A stretch of DNA of 64,000 nt from a bacterium (GCA_963662285.2 CAXXMV010000008.1:1440001-1504000), one strand, 5' to 3'. Counted from the stretch's first letter, positions 35,614-46,235 are shown. The notes: generated by a model from the sequence alone, not told the origin. Program-made: numbers and translations.

Positions 35614-38235
35614 TCACGCATCCATTTTCTCAAGATAGCAAAAGACTTCCTGTTTAATAGTATTGGCATTAAGTTTAAGCGCGTTATTGTTTTGCTGTTT
35701 ATCAATATCGATAACTTTAATTACATCAGACCATTTTGATTCACCGGGAAGCAGTTGCGAAAAAAGATTGGTTGATTCATTGAAAAACCGTTCATTTAAG
35801 ATATTTCCTTTTTGATCAGGAAATAAAGCGAGATAAAGCATATCCATTTCAACAATCTCGCTGAAAAAATGAGTTCCAAGAGACACATCAGGGACTAAAT
35901 GGTCTCTCATAGTAACGATTTCACAAATCATTGAAACGTTATTGATTTCAACGAAAGAGACCGGCACTCCAAGCGAAGGCGTCGACGTTCCCCACCGTCC
36001 AGGACCGATAAGCATGATGGTCTTGGGATTATCTTTATTTTGCAGATGATTAATTATTCCGATCAATCTTGCGACATGATATCGTTCAGTAAGAGTAAGT
36101 TGGCCGTAAACCGATGGCGCCACATAGATCAATCGATCAATGTTTTCCAAGCGGCTGTTGCCGATCACAGGTCCTTTGATATGAAAGATTAAATCCTGGT
36201 CATCAATAGCAGAGGGAGATTCAGGCATTGCGCCGCCGCCATTGATTTGCAGCGGCCGACACTGAACCAGATTGATTTTGTATTGATCACTACTGATAAA
36301 GTTAACTGTAAATTCTATATCAACCGGATGATCATAAGCATCACGAATGGTCTTCAGCAACTCGCGCATATCAGCGGCAAAGGATGTGTTGGACAAGAGT
36401 ATATCAAAGGTCAGCATTTTATAACTATGCTGCTTCTTATTAGCATTATCGGAGCAATAGGGATTATCAATTTCAGTAGCGCATAACCTTATTGGAATAT
36501 CGGAACAATACTGAGCAATTTCATTGAAATCTCTCGATACTAACCGGTTGGATTCCAAATCAAGCACATCAACTTTTCTTTGCGCGAATCTACAGGCTTC
36601 ATCATCATCAGATTCAGGGCGTTTATGGGGAGCGCTTAATGCGATGACCCGTGTGTAGTCATCATCTGATCGATCTACGGCGCGGGTGCCCAGACCAAAT
36701 ACCAGACGCAATAAACCTGATTCCGGTTTTATAGAATCGTTCCATACAAATGGATTGAAAGAATATCCAACTCCGGCAATATGCGGGTAGAACAGGTTTT
36801 TATAAAGAGAACCGGATACGCGCTGGACTAAAAGCGCCATCTGTTCATCTTGCTCGAGTATACCCCGGTTAAATCTGTAGGCGATGGCTTTTTCACTCAT
36901 GGTACTGGCGTATACGGTTCGCACGGCTGAAAGGAAATCCTCCAAGCGTTTATGCCGGGAACCCTGGTTAGCGCAAAAGACGCTCTCGTATTTACCGGGA
37001 AAGGCATTGCCGAAGTTATCTTCTAAAAGACTGCTGGAACGAACCAGAATGGGAGACTGACCGAAATAATCCAGCATATCGGCGAATTTTTTAATGATAT
37101 GCTCTGGAAAAATCCCCATAAGAATGCGTCGCCTGGTCATAAAAGCATTTGAAACAATACTATCCAGATCACTTTGCTGCCATAGCATGCGCCAGCAGCC
37201 ATTCTCAACCAGAAATGTATAGAAGACGTCAGAACCGACAAAGAAGGAATCGTGCATTTCCAGTTTATCAGCCAGTTTTTGGTTATTTTTCTTCAAAATG
37301 GCGCGCGATAAAAGCATTCCAACTGATTTGCCGCCGATCAGCCCGGTGCCGATCATTCGTTTTCCGATTCCAAGAAGGTCAGAAAGAGTAAAATATTTTG
37401 AAATCAAATTGAAGATTAGCGTATCCCGCGCCAGAATCATCCGCATCAGATGTTGTTCAATTTCGTTGACATCTTTTTCAGTGGTGTTACCGGTTCTCTG
37501 TTTGGCCAATATCTCTTCCGCTTTATTAAAGGTCCGGTTCCAGATATCCAACTGAACGCTGGCTGATTCAATCCCGGACCATGGAGTGGAAGTTAATATC
37601 TCAGAGATAGTCAGACTATCAGTCACTGGCAGAAAATCATCGCCTTCCCAGGCATGAAGCATGAACATCTTGGAGGAATAGCGTTGTTGAACTTTAAGCG
37701 GTCTGACGAACAATTTCTCCTTATGACGATAAATATCCAGAAAAAGTTGCGTGGTCTTCACAATAGATGATGTGGCATGGAACGAATGATGATTTCTCCG
37801 TAATGCGAAATAAGCGATGGTTTCCAAATCATAAAGATAAGGACAAGTCAGCATAAAGAAGTTTCCAAGCATCTGGTCGCTATACCAGTCCACCGTAAGA
37901 TCTGAAAGGCAATCGAAGATATAAAACACGCCATTACCTTTGTCCCGGATAACTTTATGGATTTCTGCGATAAAAGTTTCAAAACTATTAGTCGGATCTA
38001 TATGATAAATATCAGCGCCAGACTTTTCATCAAGAATTGCCTCATGTTTAGCGAAATGAAAATATACCAGTTTTTTTTCCTGTGCTATAGCATTGGCGCA
38101 CAACGGATTCACGAATTTCACATAATCTTTGATAGAACTCACCTGCCACACAACGTTGTCGCCTTGAATAAGACCCTTCAAGATGCGATCCAAGCCAGGC
38201 AAGCCAGTACTAAACTCTACATCACTTCCCATCAT
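35614..38235 (-). CDS. PEP/pyruvate-binding (ATP-grasp) domain protein with N-terminal KaiC/RecA-like domain, paralog A
   Basis: STGLPGLDRIL.GL..GDNVVW; same motif set as 32849-35467. Confidence 0.85.
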   Translation of the reverse strand: MMGSDVEFSTGLPGLDRILKGLIQGDNVVWQVSSIKDYVKFVNPLCANAIAQEKKLVYFHFAKHEAILDEKSGADIYHIDPTNSFETFIAEIHKVIRDKGNGVFYIFDCLSDLTVDWYSDQMLGNFFMLTCPYLYDLETIAYFALRRNHHSFHATSSIVKTTQLFLDIYRHKEKLFVRPLKVQQRYSSKMFMLHAWEGDDFLPVTDSLTISEILTSTPWSGIESASVQLDIWNRTFNKAEEILAKQRTGNTTEKDVNEIEQHLMRMILARDTLIFNLISKYFTLSDLLGIGKRMIGTGLIGGKSVGMLLSRAILKKNNQKLADKLEMHDSFFVGSDVFYTFLVENGCWRMLWQQSDLDSIVSNAFMTRRRILMGIFPEHIIKKFADMLDYFGQSPILVRSSSLLEDNFGNAFPGKYESVFCANQGSRHKRLEDFLSAVRTVYASTMSEKAIAYRFNRGILEQDEQMALLVQRVSGSLYKNLFYPHIAGVGYSFNPFVWNDSIKPESGLLRLVFGLGTRAVDRSDDDYTRVIALSAPHKRPESDDDEACRFAQRKVDVLDLESNRLVSRDFNEIAQYCSDIPIRLCATEIDNPYCSDNANKKQHSYKMLTFDILLSNTSFAADMRELLKTIRDAYDHPVDIEFTVNFISSDQYKINLVQCRPLQINGGGAMPESPSAIDDQDLIFHIKGPVIGNSRLENIDRLIYVAPSVYGQLTLTERYHVARLIGIINHLQNKDNPKTIMLIGPGRWGTSTPSLGVPVSFVEINNVSMICEIVTMRDHLVPDVSLGTHFFSEIVEMDMLYLALFPDQKGNILNERFFNESTNLFSQLLPGESKWSDVIKVIDIDKQQNNNALKLNANTIKQEVFCYLEKMDA

Positions 38236-38452
38236 AACATTTCTCCATCTTGTTGTTATTCAAAATCAATTACAAACAGTTTACTACTCTGATTGCCAAA
38301 AAGTCACTTTTTCAGGTTAATATTTTAATTATGATAATAATAGGGAAACTTAGAACAAATATCTAAAATATCCGGAGAGATGTCAGGTTCTGAATCCAAG
38401 AAAATGCCATACATATTGCTATCTGCAGCGAGATAATATAAGTTACGACAAG

Positions 38453-38767
38453 GTGGAGTGGAAGCAACAGCAGATGACCATGCGGAAATTTCCTAAATTT
38501 CGTCTGGATACTATTCTGATCCCATTTTTAATGGGTATAACCCTCTTTGTAATACTTCTACCCGCAAAATATTCGGGATTGAGTTCCAGCGACTCAACCA
38601 CTATGTTCTATTGCATACTGACTATGGCGCTTATCATCATCGCCGGATCATTCCTACTGGTGCACGAAAACAACCGCCTGCATTTTCTAATCATGCCATA
38701 CTCCATACTGTTAAAAGGCTTTTGGCTGCAGAGAGCCGTTGATTTCATCTATAAACATAAGCAATGA
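38453..38767 (+). CDS. Small membrane hypothetical protein
   Basis: Two to three hydrophobic segments; fills the gap between flanking genes; start uncertain. Confidence 0.45.
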   Translation: MEWKQQQMTMRKFPKFRLDTILIPFLMGITLFVILLPAKYSGLSSSDSTTMFYCILTMALIIIAGSFLLVHENNRLHFLIMPYSILLKGFWLQRAVDFIYKHKQ

Positions 38768-38797
38768 AACATCACAAGTGAGAGAGATTTGGTTTGC

Positions 38798-39682
38798 TTA
38801 TTCACTTACTATTTGTTCTTCCATAGAGGCGACCTCAGGATAGCGCCATAGATTATCCTTCCCGAAGATAAATCCATAATGCATGCGGAACCGGTCGTTA
38901 AAATTCACTTCAAACCAGGGACTGATGCTTCGTTCTTTGGGATTTTTAACTATATGGACATCCATAGCAGGCATCATTCCCTGCACCAGCAAAAAGACTT
39001 TCTTACCCGTTTTTTTGTTCTCCGCCATATCCGCAATCATCACGGCGTGGTAGGCGTAATTAAAAACGTCGCCAATCCGCATATCCTTGAATCCTGAAAC
39101 TTTGTTCATGTCTTTATTCATTGACATAGTCCCGGCGTAAGAGAAAATCATATCCATATATCTTCTGAAAGAATCATACGATTTATTGGCCAGACTCGAT
39201 TTTTCCCAGAAGGACCGATTGTTTTTCACCCCTACCTGGTAACCTTCTCGCCATTTTTTATAATCGATTCGGTCACCGTTGCAGAAGTGAAATCGGATAC
39301 TATCGTACTGACCTTTTGAGTATAGATATTCCGCCCGAAGCCTCATTATGGCATCGGCGCATTGCTGCAAATCACGTTTGCCGACATCTATATCGATAAT
39401 TGCGTGGTGCGCGGTTTGATTCTTCCAGCGTTTTCCATTGAATAATTGAACCGCAGTATCGGGCTTTTTTAGAGGAAGATGTCTGAGCCATTCCGCATAA
39501 CTGCCTTTATCCACCGCCACCCGCTGGAAACCTTGGGGCGGCGCAATGCGCATGTTGATAGACTGCTTTGCATCATAAGACTTTGATTGATTCTTCAACC
39601 AGGGATATTCAATAGATTCTATTTCAGCATAAACGCATTGATTCAGCGCAAATGCCATGATGATAAACCAGACTATTTTCAT
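38798..39682 (-). CDS. DUF4846-family secreted protein
   Basis: WLRHLPLK, DLQQCADA.MRLRAEYL, FSYAGT, QGMMPA. Confidence 0.85.
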   Translation of the reverse strand: MKIVWFIIMAFALNQCVYAEIESIEYPWLKNQSKSYDAKQSINMRIAPPQGFQRVAVDKGSYAEWLRHLPLKKPDTAVQLFNGKRWKNQTAHHAIIDIDVGKRDLQQCADAIMRLRAEYLYSKGQYDSIRFHFCNGDRIDYKKWREGYQVGVKNNRSFWEKSSLANKSYDSFRRYMDMIFSYAGTMSMNKDMNKVSGFKDMRIGDVFNYAYHAVMIADMAENKKTGKKVFLLVQGMMPAMDVHIVKNPKERSISPWFEVNFNDRFRMHYGFIFGKDNLWRYPEVASMEEQIVSE

Positions 39683-39816
39683 AATTCCATCCCGCAATAG
39701 ATAAAATAACGCGTCTTGATGCATGTAAAAATTTGACGAATTATTAATAGAACGTATTGCCTAAATAATTAGTAAAAATTATATTTTAATTGGAATATTG
39801 TTAAATCGAAGCGCAC

Positions 39817-39851
39817 TCCCCCCATCTAACTCCCCCCAGGCTTGGGGGGAG
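39817..39851. repeat. REP-like G/C hairpin, same family as 1815-1847
   Basis: CTAACTCCCCCCAGGCTTGGGGGGAG is nearly identical to CTAACCTCCCCCAGGCTTGGGGGGAG. Confidence 0.7.
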
Positions 39852-39886
39852 AATGCGTTACTAAATGCTTTGCATCTATAATCAAA

Positions 39887-41218
39887 TCATACTTCATCCG
39901 GCACGGTGAAAGGCATACGATAATCCCGGTCCTTATCCCGGATAATGGCGTCTGCCTTTTCATTATTGGTGATGCGCTCTGTTTCAGGATCGAAGCGTAG
40001 AGTTTCCTCAGTACGATAGGCGGCGTTGGCCAGATGGCAATGCGCTGCTGAGATATGGCCTTCGATGATTTCGGCGTTGAGGTCTTCCTGCTTATTGTTG
40101 CGCAGGGCGGTGATAAAGTTTTCGAAATGGTTTTCTCCGCTGCGACGTCCCTTGCCTTTTTCACGCTTTTCACCCAGATAAACCTGATAACCGCGCTCGA
40201 AGCCATGAGTAGTCATAAATCCTTCGCTTCCAAAGAAGATGCAACCGACCACGTTTCGATCATTGCCATCAGCGCCGTTAATTTCACCAAGTTCATTGTT
40301 GGTATGCCAATGCCGGACTTCAAAAGCCATCATTTTATTTTTATCGGGATATTTAAACGTAGCGTGCAGTACATTGGGAGTCTGCTGATCGTCTTGGAAC
40401 ATGAAATGTCCACCCTGAGCCTGGATGGTAGTAGGCATCCCGACATCAAGTCCCCAGCGGGCCAAGTCCATTTCATGAACGCCCTGGTTTCCTATGTCGC
40501 CATTGCCATAAAGCCAGTTCCAATGCCAGTTGTAGTGGAAGCGATTCTTAGAGAAAGGCTGCTCTGGTGCGGGGCCTTGCCACAGATCATACTCTACTCC
40601 TCTGGGCGGTTTGCCGTCCGGCGTATGACCTATAGTATTGCGCCATTTATAGCAGAGACCTTTGGCGTAGTAGACGTCGCCGATCTCTCCATCGCGGATA
40701 AGTTGGATTGCTTCCTGAAGAGCTTCGCAGCTGCGGCTTTGGGTGCCATGCGCCACAATGCGTTTATATTTACGCGCCGCTTCAACCAGTTTACGGCCTT
40801 CATAGACATTATGCGAACAAGGCTTTTCGACGTATACATGTTTGCCCGCCTGACAAGCCCATATCCCCATGATGGAATGCCAGTGATTGGGAGTTGCGAT
40901 GGAAACTGCATCAAGTTCGGGGTTTTTCAACATTTCGCGGTAATCAATATAAGTCTTTATGTCGTGGCCTAAATCTTTTTGATAAATATTTTTTCGTTCT
41001 TTAAGTAAGCCGCCGTCAATATCGCTGATAGCCGCAACTTTGACATTTTTCTGCGCATCGAATCCCCGGATGTGGTCGTTTCCCCGGCCATGTATGCCAA
41101 CTACTCCCATCCGAATTTCGTCGTTAACGCTTCCCACAGAATTGCGAATCAACAGATTAACGCTGGCTGCGGCGCCAGCAGTTGTTTTGAGGAAATTACG
41201 TCGGTCAGTTTGCTTCAT
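39887..41218 (-). CDS. Tat-exported Gfo/Idh/MocA oxidoreductase
   Basis: DRRNFLK Tat motif, IATPNHWH, HVYVEKP, WHWNW, GNQGVH. Confidence 0.93.
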   Translation of the reverse strand: MKQTDRRNFLKTTAGAAASVNLLIRNSVGSVNDEIRMGVVGIHGRGNDHIRGFDAQKNVKVAAISDIDGGLLKERKNIYQKDLGHDIKTYIDYREMLKNPELDAVSIATPNHWHSIMGIWACQAGKHVYVEKPCSHNVYEGRKLVEAARKYKRIVAHGTQSRSCEALQEAIQLIRDGEIGDVYYAKGLCYKWRNTIGHTPDGKPPRGVEYDLWQGPAPEQPFSKNRFHYNWHWNWLYGNGDIGNQGVHEMDLARWGLDVGMPTTIQAQGGHFMFQDDQQTPNVLHATFKYPDKNKMMAFEVRHWHTNNELGEINGADGNDRNVVGCIFFGSEGFMTTHGFERGYQVYLGEKREKGKGRRSGENHFENFITALRNNKQEDLNAEIIEGHISAAHCHLANAAYRTEETLRFDPETERITNNEKADAIIRDKDRDYRMPFTVPDEV

Positions 41219-41335
41219 GGTTCATGCTCCTTTATGAACGGTTTAATTTATAAACTGTTTCAGATCACACGCTACGACAATACCGCATCACATTGATTTT
41301 GAGAAGAAGTAGTGAATCAAAAAAAACCAGGGTAT

Positions 41336-41387
41336 AAAAAAACGCGGAAGTTCAAAGCCCCAACTTTCGGGATTTTGAATTTCCGCA
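41336..41387 (-). terminator. Probable intrinsic terminator downstream of the prepilin-like gene
   Basis: GCGGAAGTTCAAAG...TTTTGAATTTCCGC stem with a T-run on the minus strand. Confidence 0.55.
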
Positions 41388-41461
41388 TTAAAGTCCTTTA
41401 TATTGGTAATCTGCCAAGTAATTGACAATTTTCTGATCAGCCATCAGATCTGAATTTCTGG

Positions 41462-42127
41462 TTAATTCATCATGACAATGTCGCCATTGCTGGACAGACC
41501 GTTGGATGAAGAATAAGGATAGCCCATTCCCAAGGCATTATTATAAGCGCCGCGCTTACCATCTGGACCAGCGCCCAGCAAAACGTAATTGCCCGGCTTT
41601 AAAGAACGTAATCCGACTTGATTCAACAATGCATCGTTTCCAGGTGTGAAAAACGACAGACCGATGTCGCCGCCTGGAATGGCTGGATCCTCATCGGCGT
41701 ACATGTAGGTATATGGAGGAATCAAGTCGGCAGCGATAAGGGCGCTGTTGGAATCCGCTCCCGATGTCGGAGAGAAAAATGGATCAAGAGGAATTGAAGA
41801 TAAATAAGCAACCGGTGACGTAAGTGGCGCGAATAGACCAGCCATGCCCCCACGATCATCATGAGTACCGCCGACCCCATGAAATACTTCAGCCATTCTC
41901 TTCTGACCAGCCTCTGAATCATCATCCCAGAAATCAATCAGAAGACAACCTTTATCAATACGGAGTTGCTCTATGGCGGTCATGACAGATTTCATATCCG
42001 CCTGCGCCCGCGCAATTTTAGCGCGCATTTGGGCATTCAAAAAGTTAGGTACGGCAATGGCCGCGAGAATGCCAATGATGGCGACGACGATCAGCAGTTC
42101 AATAAGCGTAAAACCTTTGTTTTTCAT
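41462..42127 (-). CDS. Type IV prepilin/pseudopilin-like protein (N-methylation domain)
   Basis: KG/FTLIELLIVVAIIGILAAIAVPNF, LTSPVAYL...DPF, GPD, SNGL.SNGDI. Confidence 0.9.
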   Translation of the reverse strand: MKNKGFTLIELLIVVAIIGILAAIAVPNFLNAQMRAKIARAQADMKSVMTAIEQLRIDKGCLLIDFWDDDSEAGQKRMAEVFHGVGGTHDDRGGMAGLFAPLTSPVAYLSSIPLDPFFSPTSGADSNSALIAADLIPPYTYMYADEDPAIPGGDIGLSFFTPGNDALLNQVGLRSLKPGNYVLLGAGPDGKRGAYNNALGMGYPYSSSNGLSSNGDIVMMN

Positions 42128-42431
42128 AAAATATCTCCCCATATAGATTATTTGCATATAGAAGCCAATTTTAGAATTTTAAAAAATAATAACAACGTCA
42201 ATAGTATGGATTTGCAGATATTCTATTAGGTCAATTATATAAAACACAATGTATCTAAAATTGCTGTGATTATCGAGCGCTCAATCATAAAGAGAATCAA
42301 AATGGTTTTTTCTTTCCGCTTGCAATAGAAGATAAATCTGGTTACGCTCTCTTTCAACGCTGGTTATGCTTAAATATTGTAAGCTCGTTTCTTGTGCAGG
42401 ATGATATGTTTCCAATAAAAATTGAACTCTG

Positions 42432-43151
42432 ATGGAGTATAAGATGGTTTTGTTGTCAATTGTAATCCCCGCATATAACGAGAGCAAAGATATCAGTGAT
42501 ACTATCCATAGCATTTTCAATGCAATAGAACAAAGCAACTGGCGCCCCTATGAACTGATAGTTGTTGACGATGCCTCAACCGATGGAACTGCGGAAATCG
42601 CACAGGAACTTGGCGCTCAAGTAGTGGTATCCGGCAAAAGAAATATCGCAGCATCGCGCAATGCCGGGGCTGCCGTTGCGCAGGGAGAATATCTATTATT
42701 CGTAGATGCTGATACCACTATAAACGCTGATTTATTAAATGAGATGGAGAGCGCATTGCAGGATGGCGCTATCGGCGGCGGGGCGCAAGTGGCATGGAGC
42801 GAACCATCCGGCTCGCGGTTGGCTGACAGGGTATTGGCTTTATGGAACTGGATATCACGCACCTTCCATTCTCCCGCCGGTTCGTTCTTCTTTGTAAAAC
42901 GGGAAGCATTTGAAAAGGTGAACGGGTTCGACGAAGAATATTTTGTCACGGAAGAATTGCATCTTGGCAAAAAATTAAAGAAAATAGGACGCCTGGCAAT
43001 TCTATGTGGAGCGGTAGCCACTTCTCCCAGGAAATTGCACCAGTTCAGCATGCGTGAACACATTCATCTATTAGGGCAAGTCATCTTTAAACGTGGAAAA
43101 ACATTTCGCAACCGGAAATATCTTGATATCTGGTATACTCGACGAGATTAA
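42432..43151 (+). CDS. GT2-family glycosyltransferase
   Basis: SIVIPAYNE, VVDDASTDGT, RNAGA, FVDAD, GFDE. Confidence 0.92.
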   Translation: MEYKMVLLSIVIPAYNESKDISDTIHSIFNAIEQSNWRPYELIVVDDASTDGTAEIAQELGAQVVVSGKRNIAASRNAGAAVAQGEYLLFVDADTTINADLLNEMESALQDGAIGGGAQVAWSEPSGSRLADRVLALWNWISRTFHSPAGSFFFVKREAFEKVNGFDEEYFVTEELHLGKKLKKIGRLAILCGAVATSPRKLHQFSMREHIHLLGQVIFKRGKTFRNRKYLDIWYTRRD

Positions 43152-43175
43152 AAAACTGACTATAGAAAGAGATTT

Positions 43176-44132
43176 ATGATGAGATTAAGTATAATTGGTT
43201 GTTTATTGATGGTGATTTTTTGCGTATCAACTCAAGCGGAGACTGTAGCCGAAAAACTGGGATATCCAGCCGACGCGAAATTGGTCATTATCCACGGCGA
43301 CGACGTAGGCATGTGCCATTCCGCCAATACCTCGGCTGCTGATGCGCTCGAAAAAGGGATCGTTACTTCGGGCAGTATCATGGTTCCCTGCCCCTGGTTT
43401 CTGGAAGCTGCCGAATATTGCCGCAAGAATCCCGAAACCGATCTGGGCATCCATCTCACCCTTACCTCTGAGTGGAAACACTACCGCTGGCGCCCGGTCG
43501 CGGCTTTGCCTTTGGTTAAGGGATTGATCGATGCTGAAGGATTCATGCATCATGGAGTACGGTCGGTTTACTCTAACGCATCGGTTAAAGAAGCCGAGGC
43601 TGAAATTCGGGCGCAGATCGAATAAGCCCTGTCCAGCGGCGTCAAACCGACTCATATGGATTCACACATGGGAACGCTTTATTACAATCCTGAATATCTA
43701 CAAATGGCATTGCGTTTGTCGGAAGAATACGACATCCCCCTGATGTTCTTCAAAGCCAATCAGGAATTTCAATCGGCGGTCGGCGAAGACAATAAAGCTG
43801 TTTTCACTCAAGTATCAAAAATGATGGAGCGCCGAGGCATCCCCCTGCTCGATTCCATGCCGGAAATCGGTAAGACCAGCGTCGATGGAATAGAAGCAGC
43901 CTATAAAGAATTATTCCGTAACATCAAGCCGGGATTGTCTCTGGTAATACTACACCTAGCCGATGAGTCAAAAGAATATAAAGCCATCACCGGATCATAT
44001 CCCAAACGTTTGCAGGAATACCGCATCTTCACCGATCCCAAGATGAAAGAGTTTATCGAAGAACAAGGCATTATCCTGATTGGCTGGAAAGAACTGCTGC
44101 CTCTATGGAAACAGCGGGAACCACTGAAATAG
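43176..44132 (+). pseudogene. YdjC/ChbG-family polysaccharide deacetylase interrupted by an in-frame TAA
   Basis: HGDDVG, GIHLTLTSEW, E.RAQIE*ALSSGVKPTHMDSHMG; both ORF pieces are in the same frame; stop at 43623-43625. Confidence 0.85.
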
Positions 44133-44210
44133 GTTGCAATCCAGTAATCGATATGTTATTTTCAGTAATGCGACGAAGTCATTTTTATCAAAGAAAATGA
44201 GGGCAGGGAT

Positions 44211-45644
44211 ATGTCTGATTGTCAACAAATAAACCGCCGGAATTTTATGGGGCTAGCCGGAAGCGTTGCGTTCGGGATGCTGGGAGCAAAATTTGCTAAC
44301 GCATCACAAGAGAATAAAAAACTGAACCTTGTCTTCCTTTTGGTTGATGACCTGGGATGGACGGATCTGGGGTGTTATGGCAGCCAGTATTATGAGACGC
44401 CCAATATCGACCGGCTGGCTTCACAAGGCATGCGCTTCACCAATGCTTATGCTGCGTGCACCGTCTGTTCACCGACACGGGCCAGCATTATCTCCGGCAA
44501 GTATCCGGCGCGGGTTCGCATAACCGATTGGATAGCGGGTCACAACAAGCCTTACGCCAAGTTGCGCGTACCGGAATTCAACTATCAACTGCCGCTGGAA
44601 GAGGTAACTATCGCTGAAGTGATGAAACAAGCGGGCTATACCAGCGCCAGTATGGGTAAATGGCATCTGGGCGGCGATCCGTTCTATCCTGACAAGCAGG
44701 GATTCGACGTAAATGTAGGTGGAGATCATCGCGGACAACCGCCCAGTTATTTCAGTCCGCACCGCATCCCCATTTTGAAAGACGGTCCCGAAGGCGAATA
44801 CATGCCGGACCGGCTGGCTAAAGAAGCGGTCAAGTTTATCGATGAAAACCGCGACAAGCCTTTTCTGCTCTACCTGCCCTTCTATGAAGTGCACACTCCA
44901 TTGCAAGCCAAAAAGGAACTGATTGAGTATTACCAGAAAAAAGAAAAACCGGGCAAACAAAACAACGCCAAGTACGCCGCCATGATCCACAGCACCGATG
45001 AAGCCGTCGGTAAGATAATGGCTAAACTGGATCAGTTGGGCATCACCGATAACACCCTGGTGATGCTGACCGGAGATAATGGCGGCCTGATCCCTGTAAC
45101 CAACAATGAACCACTGCGCGCCGGTAAAGGCTCCGCCTATGAAGGCGGAGTGCGTGAACCATTGCTCGTGCGCTGGCCTGGAGTAGTCAAACCGGGAAGC
45201 GAATGTCATGAGCCTGTCATAAGCGTCGATTATTATCCAACCATGCTGGAAGCAGCTGGCGCTACAGCCGATCCCAAGCAAAAACTGGATGGCGAAAGCA
45301 TTGTTCCACTGCTGCGCGATCCAGACGCCAGACTGAAGCGCAATGAAATCTACTGGCATTATCCCCACTATCACCCCGGCGGCGCCAAACCCTATGGCGC
45401 AGTCCGCCAGCGGGATTATAAACTGCTTGAGTTCTATGAAGACGGTAAACTGGAACTCTACAATCTCAAAGAAGACATCGGCGAAACCAAAGATTTATCC
45501 AAAGAGATGCCCGACAAAACAGCAGAACTACACAACCTATTAAAAGCCTGGCGGTTGGATTGCGACGCTCAAATGCCGCACCCCAACATAGATTACGATC
45601 CTGAACGGGCCGACAATAGAGCAGGACAAAAGACGAAAAAGTAA
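44211..45644 (+). CDS. Tat-exported formylglycine-dependent (S1) sulfatase
   Basis: NRRNFM, DDLG, CSPTRAS, GKWHLG, DNGG, YEGGVREP. Confidence 0.95.
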   Translation: MSDCQQINRRNFMGLAGSVAFGMLGAKFANASQENKKLNLVFLLVDDLGWTDLGCYGSQYYETPNIDRLASQGMRFTNAYAACTVCSPTRASIISGKYPARVRITDWIAGHNKPYAKLRVPEFNYQLPLEEVTIAEVMKQAGYTSASMGKWHLGGDPFYPDKQGFDVNVGGDHRGQPPSYFSPHRIPILKDGPEGEYMPDRLAKEAVKFIDENRDKPFLLYLPFYEVHTPLQAKKELIEYYQKKEKPGKQNNAKYAAMIHSTDEAVGKIMAKLDQLGITDNTLVMLTGDNGGLIPVTNNEPLRAGKGSAYEGGVREPLLVRWPGVVKPGSECHEPVISVDYYPTMLEAAGATADPKQKLDGESIVPLLRDPDARLKRNEIYWHYPHYHPGGAKPYGAVRQRDYKLLEFYEDGKLELYNLKEDIGETKDLSKEMPDKTAELHNLLKAWRLDCDAQMPHPNIDYDPERADNRAGQKTKK

Positions 45645-45671
45645 TTTAACGCTCAATAATGGAGTTCCAAC

Positions 45672-46235
45672 ATGGTTATTACCCGTGAAATAGCTTGGGA
45701 AAAATTGTGCCAGTGGACTGAAGGAGATGCGCTGAGAATCCATGCCCGATTGGTGGAAATCGCCATGCGGGCGGCGGCGCTGCAATACGGCAATGAAGGC
45801 GACGTGGAAGAATGGGGCGTCACCGGATTACTGCATGACGCTGATTACGAAAAATGGCCGGAGGATCACCCAGACCGCATCGTGGCATGGCTCAGGGAAC
45901 GCGGCGAAGAAAAAATAGCTCACGCCATCTCAGCCCACGCCACTTCGTTCAATGTCCCCTATGACACCCAATTAGACAAAGCGCTGCTGGCATGCGATGA
46001 ACTATCGGGCTTCATCGGAGCCTGCTGCTTCGTCCGCCCCGATGGAATCCACACCCTGGCTCCCAAAAGCGTCAAGAAAAAACTGAAAGACAAAAGCTTC
46101 GCCGCCAAAGTAAACCGAGATGAAATCAAAGCCGGCCTGGAAATGATAGGCGCCGATCTGACCGAACATATCCAATTACTGATAGACGCTTTCAAACCCC
46201 ATGCTGATGAACTGGGCATTAATGGGAGTGGGTAA
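45672..46235 (+). CDS. HD-domain (HDIG-type) phosphohydrolase
   Basis: H...GLLHDADYE...H, DELSGF, SVKKKLKDKSFAA. Confidence 0.88.
   Translation: MVITREIAWEKLCQWTEGDALRIHARLVEIAMRAAALQYGNEGDVEEWGVTGLLHDADYEKWPEDHPDRIVAWLRERGEEKIAHAISAHATSFNVPYDTQLDKALLACDELSGFIGACCFVRPDGIHTLAPKSVKKKLKDKSFAAKVNRDEIKAGLEMIGADLTEHIQLLIDAFKPHADELGINGSG

Noticed and set aside
40055-40972. 305-aa plus-strand ORF
   Set aside because: Antisense shadow of the Gfo/Idh/MocA gene
43623-43625. Stop-codon recoding (Sec, Pyl or alternative code)
   Set aside because: The codon is TAA, the position is not catalytic, and TAA terminates many genes in this window
44469-45374. 301-aa minus-strand ORF
   Set aside because: Antisense shadow of the sulfatase gene
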